From a virus (taxonomy: Duplodnaviria; Heunggongvirae; Uroviricota; Caudoviricetes): a stretch of DNA of 51,912 nucleotides. The DNA lies in IMG/VR virus record IMGVR_UViG_2718218100_000010. One strand, written 5' to 3'. Both the position numbers and the translations under genes were made by a program. Numbering within the stretch: position 1 is the first letter of the stretch; each line of letters opens with the position of its first letter. Under the pieces are notes generated by a model. That model was not told where the DNA came from. It did not search any database and was given only the letters and a program-made list of their open reading frames with translations. This document shows positions 29,534-36,928 of the stretch, one piece after another.

Positions 29534-31383
29534 TATGCTGCCGGTGCATTTATCTCCAGCACCAGACTTTCTATCTCAACGCCATACGCTGCATTTTTTG
29601 TAACATCCGTCAGCGTCAGCGCATTCAGCCCCAGTGTCAGACTGTCTTTTATAACCTGGAATGCCGGGCCAGCCACTCCATTCAGTTTCGGAGTAACCGT
29701 GGCACTGCCGGCGGTGAACACCAGCTCCAGCGTCTGCCAGTCGTTACCGTAATCGCCGAACTCCCCCAGCTTCGTGTTTCCGGCTTTCCTGTGATGCATC
29801 AGATTCACTCTGCCGTCAGTGGTCTGAGTGAAGTACGACATCAGGAACGGATTACCGGTACCCGTCATCGCCACACCATCAGGAACGGGAGCATCCGTAT
29901 ACAGATAAATCCCCAGCCCGAACTGATTGTTGGTCAGCGCGCCTGACAGGCGGAACTTACAGGTCAGTCTGCCGCCCTGTGTCAGCAGGGTAATTGCGTC
30001 ATCCACCGGATGCGTCAGGGACCAGGTTTTATTGCTCTGCCTGGTGATCTTAAATACACCATCTGACAACTGAATTCCGCCATCCTTAATGCTCCAGCCC
30101 TGCGCAGCAGCCTCTCCGTCTGCCGGCAGCAGGGAGATTGTGCGAACGGACGTATCTGCAGACGGACCCGATGGCGTGTTGCCGCCGGGCGAGGGTTTGA
30201 TTTCCGGTGCCTTACCACTGATGAAGGCTGAGGTGCGCCCGGCTGCGTTCAGAATAGCGGTTGCCAGACGATCCGGAATAATGCTCCTGCGCGCCCATGA
30301 ACTGAAATGTGTCGGGCGGTTTGATGATACCTGGTTTCCATTCGTTCTCGATGCCGCACCGTAATATCCTGATGCCGGAATATCCGGATCTTCTGCCGGC
30401 GCGTTAGTGGCGGTATTGACGCCGTTACCGTCTGTCATGAAGGGCACAAAATAAACGCCCTCACTCTCCCTGTTTTTATACCCGCCGTACACGGTGTCGT
30501 ACTGGGTAGCGTATGTATTTTTCCAGTAATACGTCGTGTCACCACAAATCCACGGCACATCTGCAGCACTGCCACCATGGCACTGCGCGTTAAACACGGA
30601 GAGGTCAGCACGAAACTGTGTCAGCATGGCTGTAAACAGCGCAGGTTGCTGTGCGTGGGTGGCGGCGCTCATGTCAAACTCACCCTGCATCCAGCAGACG
30701 GCCAGCAGAACGTTTTTGGGATTTTTCTGCAATGCCGCTTTTGTGCGGGAAATCAGATCCTGATATAACGGCTTGCCCCCCCCCCAGCGTGCCGAATCCT
30801 GACTGGCCCCCGTGGACTCGCTGAATGTCCCCTCCGCGCCCTGGGTAAATGCCGAACCACCACGACAGCATGGTACCAGCAGGATCCCCGCGTTATTCGG
30901 GATATACGGGAGCAGTTTTTTGGCAATATGTAAGCCCTGGCCGACACAGCCGTACTGCCCTTTGCTCAGGTCTGCCTTCGGATGATTCAGCGTACTCATA
31001 TCCTGCACATCATGCAGGCAGTGGTCGGCCGGAATAATATCGTTATATCTGTAGGCAGCCCCACCCGGCGTCACTGTACTGCGGCGCGCCAGCTGTTTAA
31101 TGCGCGGATCCGGAGCATCGTATGAATCCGGCAGCGGAAGCCCTTCACCGTAAGCCATGGCATTGGACTGCCCGGCCAGTACGATGACGTAGTACCAATC
31201 CGGCTCAGTTGCACCACTGACCACCACATCACCTTCTGCTGTAATCGCCTGCATCAGGGTATAAGGGGTTATGGCCACCGGACTACCAAACGGCTGCCAG
31301 CCCTCTTTCAGTTTGTGTGTCAGCTTTTCCGCAAGGTCTGACGGCGACGCCGCCCTGACAACATCATAATGTTTAAATGTCAT
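29533..31383 (-). CDS. Prophage sialate O-acetylesterase NanS-p-like, 616 aa
   Basis: SGNH-like GQSNAMAYG active-site motif; size and position between Q/tRNAs and holin as for nanS-p in Stx-type phages; GGGAGG RBS. Confidence 0.75.
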   Translation of the reverse strand: MTFKHYDVVRAASPSDLAEKLTHKLKEGWQPFGSPVAITPYTLMQAITAEGDVVVSGATEPDWYYVIVLAGQSNAMAYGEGLPLPDSYDAPDPRIKQLARRSTVTPGGAAYRYNDIIPADHCLHDVQDMSTLNHPKADLSKGQYGCVGQGLHIAKKLLPYIPNNAGILLVPCCRGGSAFTQGAEGTFSESTGASQDSARWGGGKPLYQDLISRTKAALQKNPKNVLLAVCWMQGEFDMSAATHAQQPALFTAMLTQFRADLSVFNAQCHGGSAADVPWICGDTTYYWKNTYATQYDTVYGGYKNRESEGVYFVPFMTDGNGVNTATNAPAEDPDIPASGYYGAASRTNGNQVSSNRPTHFSSWARRSIIPDRLATAILNAAGRTSAFISGKAPEIKPSPGGNTPSGPSADTSVRTISLLPADGEAAAQGWSIKDGGIQLSDGVFKITRQSNKTWSLTHPVDDAITLLTQGGRLTCKFRLSGALTNNQFGLGIYLYTDAPVPDGVAMTGTGNPFLMSYFTQTTDGRVNLMHHRKAGNTKLGEFGDYGNDWQTLELVFTAGSATVTPKLNGVAGPAFQVIKDSLTLGLNALTLTDVTKNAAYGVEIESLVLEINAPAA

Positions 31384-31426
31384 TATTCCTCCCGGCCGGG
31401 ATAGTGTATTAAATCAGATATGGAGT

Positions 31427-31471
31427 GGGCTGTAGTCCGGAAGCCTGAATGACACACGGGGACTACAGCCC
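31427..31471. promoter_or_regulatory. Perfect 12-bp inverted repeat with 21-bp spacer upstream of nanS-p
   Basis: gggctgtagtcc at 31427-31438 and ggactacagccc at 31460-31471, about 45 bp upstream of the nanS-p start. Confidence 0.5.
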
Positions 31472-31789
31472 AAGAAATGAAAAAAGGCCACGCAGTTGCG
31501 CAGCCTGATAAACCCTGGTTAAAATCCACACGATAACAACACAACAATATCAGTATCTCATGCTATTGCCCGAACCCATTCGGGCATTTTTTACCCATAA
31601 AAAAGCCCCTCCGGAGAGGGGCATGTTTGCATGCACATTCTTTTTCTTGCATGGTGCCGGGTGCCTCCCGGTGAATTCAGTATCAGCACCTGAATCCGCG
31701 ATTATCCCATATACCTGGTTGCTGATCGCCCCTCCGCACAGGGGGATTCACCATGCAGAAGTGTTTTTAATAAACAGCAAACAAAAAAA

Positions 31790-31957
31790 TCAAGCATTAT
31801 GCAGGCTGTTTCTTTTTATCACCGGCCACAGCAATACCACAATGCCGCAGACCAGCACCCCATCCGCCAGCACCGACATGATTCTGCTGGTGAAATCCAC
31901 CATCACCACCAGAAACAGCAGGAGTGCAGCCACAGCCAGGCGCAGTTTTACCGTCAC
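31790..31957 (-). CDS. Candidate 55-aa two-helix membrane protein, translationally coupled to the TerB-like gene
   Basis: GTG overlaps the TerB-like stop (GTGA) with GGAG upstream; hand translation VTVKLRLAVAALLLFLVVMVDFTSRIMSVLADGVLVCGIVVLLWPVIKRNSLHNA. Confidence 0.35.
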   Translation of the reverse strand: MTVKLRLAVAALLLFLVVMVDFTSRIMSVLADGVLVCGIVVLLWPVIKRNSLHNA

Positions 31958-32385
31958 AGGTGATTCTCCAGACGAAGACCCAGAACACCGGCAATCTCTT
32001 CCAGCACCTTGCGCTCTTCCGGCTCAATTTCGCCGTCTGCCTCCGCAATGGCCACCGCCACATCCAGCACATCTTCCGCTTCACGCGTATCGTGTTTCAC
32101 ATCCTCAATCTCGCGTAACGCGGCACGACGACCAATTTTAAAATTGGTATCCAGCTGACCGATAATAGTTGCGCTAATCGCATTAATTTCCGAGGTAAAC
32201 GCAGACAACGCAGGCTGATTACGTAAGACCTGTTCGATCTTCGCTTTCTCGGATGCCTCGCATTCACCATCTGCACAGGCCACCAGGTATGCAGCGTTAA
32301 TCACCGCCTGTGCCAGATCGCGTTTCTCAAACTTTTTAATTTCCGCTGCCGCTCTGCGGGTTTTCTTTTTGAAGATTCCAAACAT
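31954..32385 (-). CDS. TerB-like (tellurite-resistance TerB fold) protein, 143 aa
   Basis: Internal ATG of ORF 31954..32457 with AAGGAA RBS; acidic helical protein with ...AVINAAYLVACADGECEASEKAKIEQVL...AIAEADGEIEPEERKVLEEIAGVLGL pattern. Confidence 0.55.
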   Translation of the reverse strand: MFGIFKKKTRRAAAEIKKFEKRDLAQAVINAAYLVACADGECEASEKAKIEQVLRNQPALSAFTSEINAISATIIGQLDTNFKIGRRAALREIEDVKHDTREAEDVLDVAVAIAEADGEIEPEERKVLEEIAGVLGLRLENHL

Positions 32386-32512
32386 CGTGACGTTCCTTTG
32401 GGTGGGTGAGCCAACGCCCGGGAGCGATCTGCCCACAGAGAAAGTCACACTGACCACTCCGTAAGCTCACCCCCGAAAGGCTCTGTGGTTGATATGCGCC
32501 GGGCGTGGCGCG

Positions 32513-32540
32513 GATACAAAAAAGGCCGCCAATAGCGACC
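32513..32540 (-). terminator. Intrinsic terminator after the two-gene cassette
   Basis: Minus strand ggtcgc-tatt-ggcggcc (one G-U pair) followed by TTTTTTGTATC; homologous to 33110-33138. Confidence 0.5.
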
Positions 32541-32563
32541 TCAGTTACGGGATTATTCTGGGG

Positions 32564-32785
32564 TTAAACGACTGTTACTCCCCCCCAGACAAAATCATCA
32601 CTTCCTGTTCGATGCGAGCCATAGTGAACCTCGTACTTATCTCCCATCTTTCTTGCTTCCGTTTCTGCGTCTCCCTCTGTCGCAAAAACCCCAACAAGAT
32701 GCCAGGGCGAGCTTCTTACCACAGCCCAACCTTTAACCCATCCTTTGTTGTCCTTATCTTCCATTAACACTTCAGAAACAAACAT
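32564..32785 (-). CDS. Uncharacterised small protein, 73 aa (cassette gene 2)
   Basis: Strong RBS AAGGAGATAAAT-ATG; Trp-rich (GWVKGWAVV...PWHLVGVF...); no signal peptide. Confidence 0.5.
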   Translation of the reverse strand: MFVSEVLMEDKDNKGWVKGWAVVRSSPWHLVGVFATEGDAETEARKMGDKYEVHYGSHRTGSDDFVWGGVTVV

Positions 32786-32837
32786 ATTTATCTCCTTGTG
32801 GGTACCCGGAGATATTTTATGATTGCTCCCGGTCAGA

Positions 32838-33062
32838 TCAATAAAGTGGCTTCAATTTTGCCTTAATGATCAAATCAGGGTGATTGACGGAATCGTACAC
32901 CACCTCAATATTTTCATCCGTGGCGTCGATAAGATATTCTTTTACATAAGGACCTGTTGATTTTCCATGAAATACATCTTCAACAAGTACACTCTCCCCC
33001 TGAACAACACGAAAACTAACTTCTGTTTCGAACGGACCAATCGTCACCATCAGTTTTTTCAC
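32838..33062 (-). CDS. Uncharacterised small protein, 74 aa (cassette gene 1)
   Basis: GTG start preceded by AGGAGG; MKKLMVTIGPFETEVSFRVVQGESVLVEDVFHGKSTGPYVKEYLIDATDENIEVVYDSVNHPDLIIKAKLKPLY; no signal peptide. Confidence 0.5.
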   Translation of the reverse strand: MKKLMVTIGPFETEVSFRVVQGESVLVEDVFHGKSTGPYVKEYLIDATDENIEVVYDSVNHPDLIIKAKLKPLY

Positions 33063-33109
33063 ATAGCCTCCTGATAAGCACTCGATTTATTAGTTAATGG
33101 TGTAACGCA

Positions 33110-33138
33110 GATACAAAAAAGGCCCGCAAAAGCGAGCC
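33110..33138 (-). terminator. Intrinsic terminator after the tRNA cluster
   Basis: Minus strand ggctcgc-tttt-gcgggcc followed by TTTTTTGTATC. Confidence 0.55.
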
Positions 33139-33151
33139 AGGTAAATAAATA

Positions 33152-33228
33152 TGGCGCGTTGTACTGGATTCGAACCAGTGACCGATTGCTTAGAAGGCAA
33201 TTGCTCTGTCCGGCTGAGCTAACAACGC
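33152..33228 (-). tRNA. tRNA-Arg (anticodon UCU), 77 nt
   Basis: Cloverleaf folded by hand: acceptor GCGTTGT/ACAACGC, D-arm GCTC..GAGC, anticodon stem ATTGC/GCAAT with loop CTTCTAA, T-loop TTCGAAT, 3' GCCA. Confidence 0.85.
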
Positions 33229-33241
33229 AGGGTACGGATAA

Positions 33242-33318
33242 TGGACCGCCATCGAGGACTCGAACCCCGCGCAACCAGCTTCGAAGGCTGGCGCTCTATC
33301 CCGATGAGCTAATGGCGG
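33242..33318 (-). tRNA. tRNA-Arg (anticodon UCG), 77 nt
   Basis: Cloverleaf folded by hand: acceptor CCGCCAT/ATGGCGG, anticodon stem CCAGC/GCTGG with loop CTTCGAA, T-loop TTCGAGT, 3' TCCA. Confidence 0.8.
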
Positions 33319-33325
33319 TATGTGA

Positions 33326-33401
33326 TGGTGGCCCTTGCTGGATTTGAACCAGCGACCTGGCGATTATGAGTCGCTCGCTCTCACCACTGAGCTAAAGGGC
33401 C
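33326..33401 (-). tRNA. tRNA with CAU anticodon (Met, or Ile2 if lysidine-modified), 76 nt
   Basis: Acceptor GGCCCTT/AAGGGCC, anticodon loop CTCATAA, T-loop TTCAAAT, 3' ACCA; first tRNA after Q as in many lambdoid prophages. Confidence 0.8.
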
Positions 33402-33435
33402 GGGCGCAGAATAATAACGGTCCGTAATTAATTCC

Positions 33436-33465
33436 GCAATAAAAAACCCGCTCAATGGCGGGTTC
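33436..33465 (-). terminator. Candidate tR' late terminator (Q target) downstream of Q
   Basis: Minus strand cccgccattgagcggg followed by TTTTTT, between Q and the tRNA genes. Confidence 0.5.
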
Positions 33466-33547
33466 TGGTAAAGTTCATGCGCTTGGTTCGCCTCGCGATA
33501 CAGCTTTGCGAAGCATACCGGAATTGAAGCAGTTTATGCGTAAAAAA

Positions 33548-34090
33548 TCAAGCTATTTTTTGAGCAAATGATTCTCGCATGGGAATATATAGGGCATACT
33601 CAGCAACAGCCAACCAATTAGCAATTCGCTTTTCGCATGTGCTAAAACACCACTCAGGATGTGCATCATTTAGCAATTCAGCCATTTTGCGCTTAGTCAT
33701 CCCCCGACCTTCATACCGTTGCTGGAGGACACTAATCAATCCCGGATGTTCTGCCAGCACCTCACTTATAACCCGATCAACACATAACGCCTCTGCATCA
33801 GTACAATGCGCCAGCCAGCTCTTTTGCTTACCATTGATCATCTCTCGCAAAAACGCTTCCAGCTCAGGTTTCTCTATTCCCGCTTTTTTCATCCTCCGGA
33901 GCGCCTCGTTAATTGCCGTTTTTGTCAGCTTTTTAGAGGTCAGTAATTGGTTGAACATATTTCCCGTCTTACCGCCGCCAATATACGACCAACGCCCCCA
34001 CATACGCAGTTTCCCCTGGAGCCAGACACTTTCCAGCGTGGTGAGACGAAGGTGTTCCCCGCTTTTTCCTGTATTCGTTGGGTAAATCAT
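33548..34090 (-). CDS. Putative late-gene antiterminator Q, 180 aa
   Basis: Internal ATG (MIYPTNTGK...) with GGAGAAAGGAGGG RBS, overlapping the upstream stop (ATGA); last gene before tR'/tRNAs/late genes; assignment by position, not strong motif. Confidence 0.55.
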   Translation of the reverse strand: MIYPTNTGKSGEHLRLTTLESVWLQGKLRMWGRWSYIGGGKTGNMFNQLLTSKKLTKTAINEALRRMKKAGIEKPELEAFLREMINGKQKSWLAHCTDAEALCVDRVISEVLAEHPGLISVLQQRYEGRGMTKRKMAELLNDAHPEWCFSTCEKRIANWLAVAEYALYIPMRESFAQKIA

Positions 34091-34377
34091 AAATATCCCT
34101 CCTTTCTCCAGATTTCTTGTGTGCGAAAAACACCTTCTGCATGCATCAGGCGTAATTCTTCTTTGGTGTAATCGCTGGTTTTTACCCGCCCGTCGATTAA
34201 ATCGTGGCACGAGCTACAGGCAATCGCGGCCTGCATATCGTGTGGCTTTATCGCTGTTCCGCACGTTCCCGCCAGTCGGTAATGCGCCAGCACAGACGTT
34301 TCGGGATTGTGATTGCAGTAGCCAGGAATTCTGACCTGGCACATCTGGCCCCGCGCCGCTTTACGTAAATCCACCAT
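34087..34377 (-). CDS. Cys-rich small protein in the nin region (possible zinc-binding nuclease-like), 96 aa
   Basis: Cys/His-rich CNHNP...CSSCHDLIDG; position immediately upstream of Q. Confidence 0.45.
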   Translation of the reverse strand: MVDLRKAARGQMCQVRIPGYCNHNPETSVLAHYRLAGTCGTAIKPHDMQAAIACSSCHDLIDGRVKTSDYTKEELRLMHAEGVFRTQEIWRKEGYL

Positions 34378-34988
34378 TACGCAAACTCCAGCAGCTGCAC
34401 GGCCACATTTTCGACTTGTTCCGGAGAGGAAAATTTACGGAACAGAATCCAGTTCCACAGCACATTCAGTACAGATTTATAAACCTGCTGAAACTCGGTT
34501 TCGTCCATATTCGCAAACGCGATAGATTTCGCCCGACGCCCACGACTACCATCAGGATAAAGATGCTCGGTGTAAAATCCGGCCTGAATGGTTACCCACT
34601 CGCGGAAAGCCTCAAACGACTTTAGCAATGCTGTATCTCGGGTTCTGCGTGTCGCAACTGTATTCAGATATTGCTCTGCGGCTTCGCTCAGAGCTGGCGT
34701 ATGTTCCCGGCCTACTGATTCGCACAGATAATCAACGAAACCGGACACCAGTTTTCGCTCGCGAGGAGTGATCGCCCCACCGACCGGAGTCCAGTAATCG
34801 AATCCGAGTTGCAGAAGTTTGAAAAAACGCTTATGGAATGCGTAGTTACGAACGCGCTTAAAATCAGCGTGTATCCACTCGCCTATTTTGATTTGATGCA
34901 GAAAATCACAACTCTCCGGCGTCGCCGGGAGAAGTAATCCGGAAGAGGTTTGTTTGACCAGTTGTATATGCGCCATTGCTGTCTCCAA
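34377..34988 (-). CDS. Phage nin-region protein of unknown function, 203 aa
   Basis: Conserved position upstream of Q; overlapping stop/start with the downstream gene. Confidence 0.45.
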   Translation of the reverse strand: METAMAHIQLVKQTSSGLLLPATPESCDFLHQIKIGEWIHADFKRVRNYAFHKRFFKLLQLGFDYWTPVGGAITPRERKLVSGFVDYLCESVGREHTPALSEAAEQYLNTVATRRTRDTALLKSFEAFREWVTIQAGFYTEHLYPDGSRGRRAKSIAFANMDETEFQQVYKSVLNVLWNWILFRKFSSPEQVENVAVQLLEFA

Positions 34989-35035
34989 TGGCGCTGTAGG
35001 TTGCCAGTTGTTCAGGCTGGCTTACGAATTATAAC

Positions 35036-35209
35036 TCATTCCCGAACCACCTTGAAACCGAGCCTTTCCAGGTATTCAATGAATGCCTCGATAGATAAAA
35101 TCACATGATCATCAGGAATTAACGTTGTGTAGATAACGTCTCCATTCTCAACGCGCACAGCATAGAGGCCATTTTCACTAAAAATTTCACGCAATTCTTC
35201 GATTTTCAT
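35036..35209 (-). CDS. Candidate 57-aa acidic small protein
   Basis: GGAAGGA RBS 7 nt before the ATG; hand translation MKIEELREIFSENGLYAVRVENGDVIYTTLIPDDHVILSIEAFIEYLERLGFKVVRE; below track cutoff. Confidence 0.35.
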   Translation of the reverse strand: MKIEELREIFSENGLYAVRVENGDVIYTTLIPDDHVILSIEAFIEYLERLGFKVVRE

Positions 35210-35371
35210 CAACAGAATCCTTCCAGATAAATAGCACTCCCCTGTTCGGGGTCCATCCCTCTTCTCCCTGCGCGCTAATTAAGTGAATCGATTCTAGTCA
35301 GGCATACCAGCTAATCAACAAACCCTGGTCGGTTAAATAGAAGGATTGGCTAAAATTTACCCCATTAAAAT

Positions 35372-35395
35372 AAAAAACCCGCCGAAGCGGGTTTT
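35372..35395 (-). terminator. Bidirectional intrinsic terminator (copy 1 of an identical 23-nt repeat)
   Basis: aaaaaacccgccgaagcgggttt; identical 23-mer at 36214-36236. Confidence 0.6.
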
Positions 35396-35409
35396 CATTG
35401 GAAGCACCT

Positions 35410-35895
35410 TTAGTTTTGCTGTTCTATTTTAAGCTTGATAGTTTCATACAAAACAATAGTTGCGCCTGTTTTACATAATTCCCGGCTGTCATACGCGCGA
35501 GACCAATAACACAACCAGTTCTCGAGATCTTCTCGGGTATAGGTTTTGCAGGCCAGCCCCTCTGCCATTTCCACGATTTCATCGCCTGGTGCTGTTAACT
35601 CATAGCCATTCAACAACAAGAAGACGTAACCAGCCATCATAGCTGTTCGTTTGTTCGCATTAGCAAACGGATGATTCTGAATCAGACTTTCAATCAATAC
35701 CGATGCCAGTACAAACATGTCATTGATCTGTTCATACCATCGAACCATGCTGGGACGGGCCTGAGAAGAACTTAAGTTATCTGGACTCAGAACACCAACA
35801 GGTTCATCTGGTGTTTGAAGCTCAATTAAAAGGCGATTGATTTCAGTAAGATCATCAACCGAAAGATAGTGCACTCCTTCAACAATCTCAGCCAT
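35410..35895 (-). CDS. Doc-family (Fic-fold) toxin-like protein, 161 aa
   Basis: Doc-type active-site motif HPFANANKRTA; ATG MAEIVEG in frame with the track's TTG start at 35904. Confidence 0.65.
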   Translation of the reverse strand: MAEIVEGVHYLSVDDLTEINRLLIELQTPDEPVGVLSPDNLSSSQARPSMVRWYEQINDMFVLASVLIESLIQNHPFANANKRTAMMAGYVFLLLNGYELTAPGDEIVEMAEGLACKTYTREDLENWLCYWSRAYDSRELCKTGATIVLYETIKLKIEQQN

Positions 35896-35913
35896 AGAGC
35901 ACAATACCCATTA

Positions 35914-36093
35914 TTACACTTTTGAAAGTTCTTCCATTGCCTTCTCGTAACGAGAAAAACCGAAATCGAAAGCATTTTTCACCTGCTCACGATGCGTGCA
36001 ATTTTCATCAATAGCCGGGCGCGGAGCTGCCACAACGCTTTTATCGCGAGGGGGAATAGTCAATCGCGGGTGTTTTTTTAGTGCGTAGCTCAT
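35914..36093 (-). CDS. Candidate antitoxin partner of the Doc-like toxin, 59 aa (not Phd-like)
   Basis: Hand translation MSYALKKHPRLTIPPRDKSVVAAPRPAIDENCTHREQVKNAFDFGFSRYEKAMEELSKV; stop about 18 nt before the Doc ATG; imperfect inverted repeat aggctaatgttgttagcatagcct upstream. Confidence 0.4.
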   Translation of the reverse strand: MSYALKKHPRLTIPPRDKSVVAAPRPAIDENCTHREQVKNAFDFGFSRYEKAMEELSKV

Positions 36094-36213
36094 TGGGTGT
36101 ACCCTTACTTCTCCGTCCTGTTCTTTAACAAAAAATCAAGTCAATACAAAATTAGTCAGGCTAATGTTGTTAGCATAGCCTAATACCAATCGTATTCACA
36201 ACCACAGTACGTG

Positions 36214-36236
36214 AAAAAACCCGCCGAAGCGGGTTT
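36214..36236 (-). terminator. Intrinsic terminator after hok (copy 2 of the identical 23-nt repeat)
   Basis: aaaaaacccgccgaagcgggttt, identical to 35372-35394. Confidence 0.6.
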
Positions 36237-36303
36237 AGTGCGGGTGCGTTGAGGATGCCTGACACATGAGAGGTGGCGAGGGATTTCTCCCCCGCCTGGT
36301 CTC

Positions 36304-36459
36304 TTACTCCTCAGATTCGTAAGCTGTGAAGACAGCGACCTCCGTCTGGCCGGTTCGGATTCGTACCTCGCAGAGGTCTTTCCTCGTTACCAGTGCCGTC
36401 ACTATGACGGTTAAACAGATGACGATCAGGGCGATTAACATCGCCTTTTGCTGCTTCAT
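36304..36459 (-). CDS. hokD: Hok/Gef-family type I toxin, 51 aa (HokD/RelF-like)
   Basis: MKQQKAMLIALIVICLTVIVTALVTRKDLCEVRIRTGQTEVAVFTAYESEE; AAGGAG RBS; the track ORF 36304..36516 includes the upstream mok-like extension. Confidence 0.8.
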   Translation of the reverse strand: MKQQKAMLIALIVICLTVIVTALVTRKDLCEVRIRTGQTEVAVFTAYESEE

Positions 36460-36704
36460 AGCCTGCTTCTCCTTGCCTTTCGGCGCGTAAGAGGCTAACC
36501 TACATGTGCAAGTCATAGATATGGCCTCAGATTAATGTTAAGCGTCTTGCCGGACGCGTAATGTTAACTGGGGCTTTTCTCTATCTGCCGTTGGTGTTCA
36601 TGCCCGAGGCAGATAGCCTCAAGCACCCGCAGCAATTCTACTTAACTCTCGCTTTACCGCAAACCGTTTTTACCCGATATGGGAATTCCCATATCGTAAT
36701 GAAT

Positions 36705-36809
36705 TCAGTTCCCTAGTCGATCCATCAAAAACACAACCAGGCAGTAAACGCCCACAACAGCAATAACAGCCAGCGCACCTTCCATTGCCAGTGAAATATC
36801 ATCCGACAT
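36705..36809 (-). CDS. Candidate 34-aa hydrophobic peptide
   Basis: Strong SD AAAGGAGGGAAT-ATG; hand translation MSDDISLAMEGALAVIAVVGVYCLVVFLMDRLGN with a single TM helix. Confidence 0.35.
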   Translation of the reverse strand: MSDDISLAMEGALAVIAVVGVYCLVVFLMDRLGN

Positions 36810-36844
36810 ATTCCCTCCTTTGGTGTTAATCCCGGCGAACGTTT

Positions 36845-36928
36845 TTACCCCCACCGACAAATAACATATACTAAAAAAGCGATAGCCATAGCAACGCCTG
36901 TAATTGCAAATGCTTCAGGCCAGTTCAT
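36845..36928 (-). CDS. Candidate 27-aa hydrophobic peptide, translationally coupled to the upstream 220-aa gene
   Basis: GGAGGT RBS; ATG overlaps the upstream stop (ATGA); hand translation MNWPEAFAITGVAMAIAFLVYVICRWG. Confidence 0.3.
   Translation of the reverse strand: MNWPEAFAITGVAMAIAFLVYVICRWG

Noticed and set aside
31384-33150. Shiga-toxin genes in the Q-tRNA-nanS-p interval
   Set aside because: No ORF pair resembling an A subunit (about 315 aa with signal peptide) plus B subunit (about 89 aa with signal peptide); the slot instead holds two unrelated small ORFs and a TerB-like gene.
36460-36925. relB/relE-like genes upstream of hok, as in the K-12 Qin relBE-hokD locus
   Set aside because: No ORF of suitable size (about 80-95 aa) with RelE/RelB character; only two short hydrophobic peptide ORFs are present.
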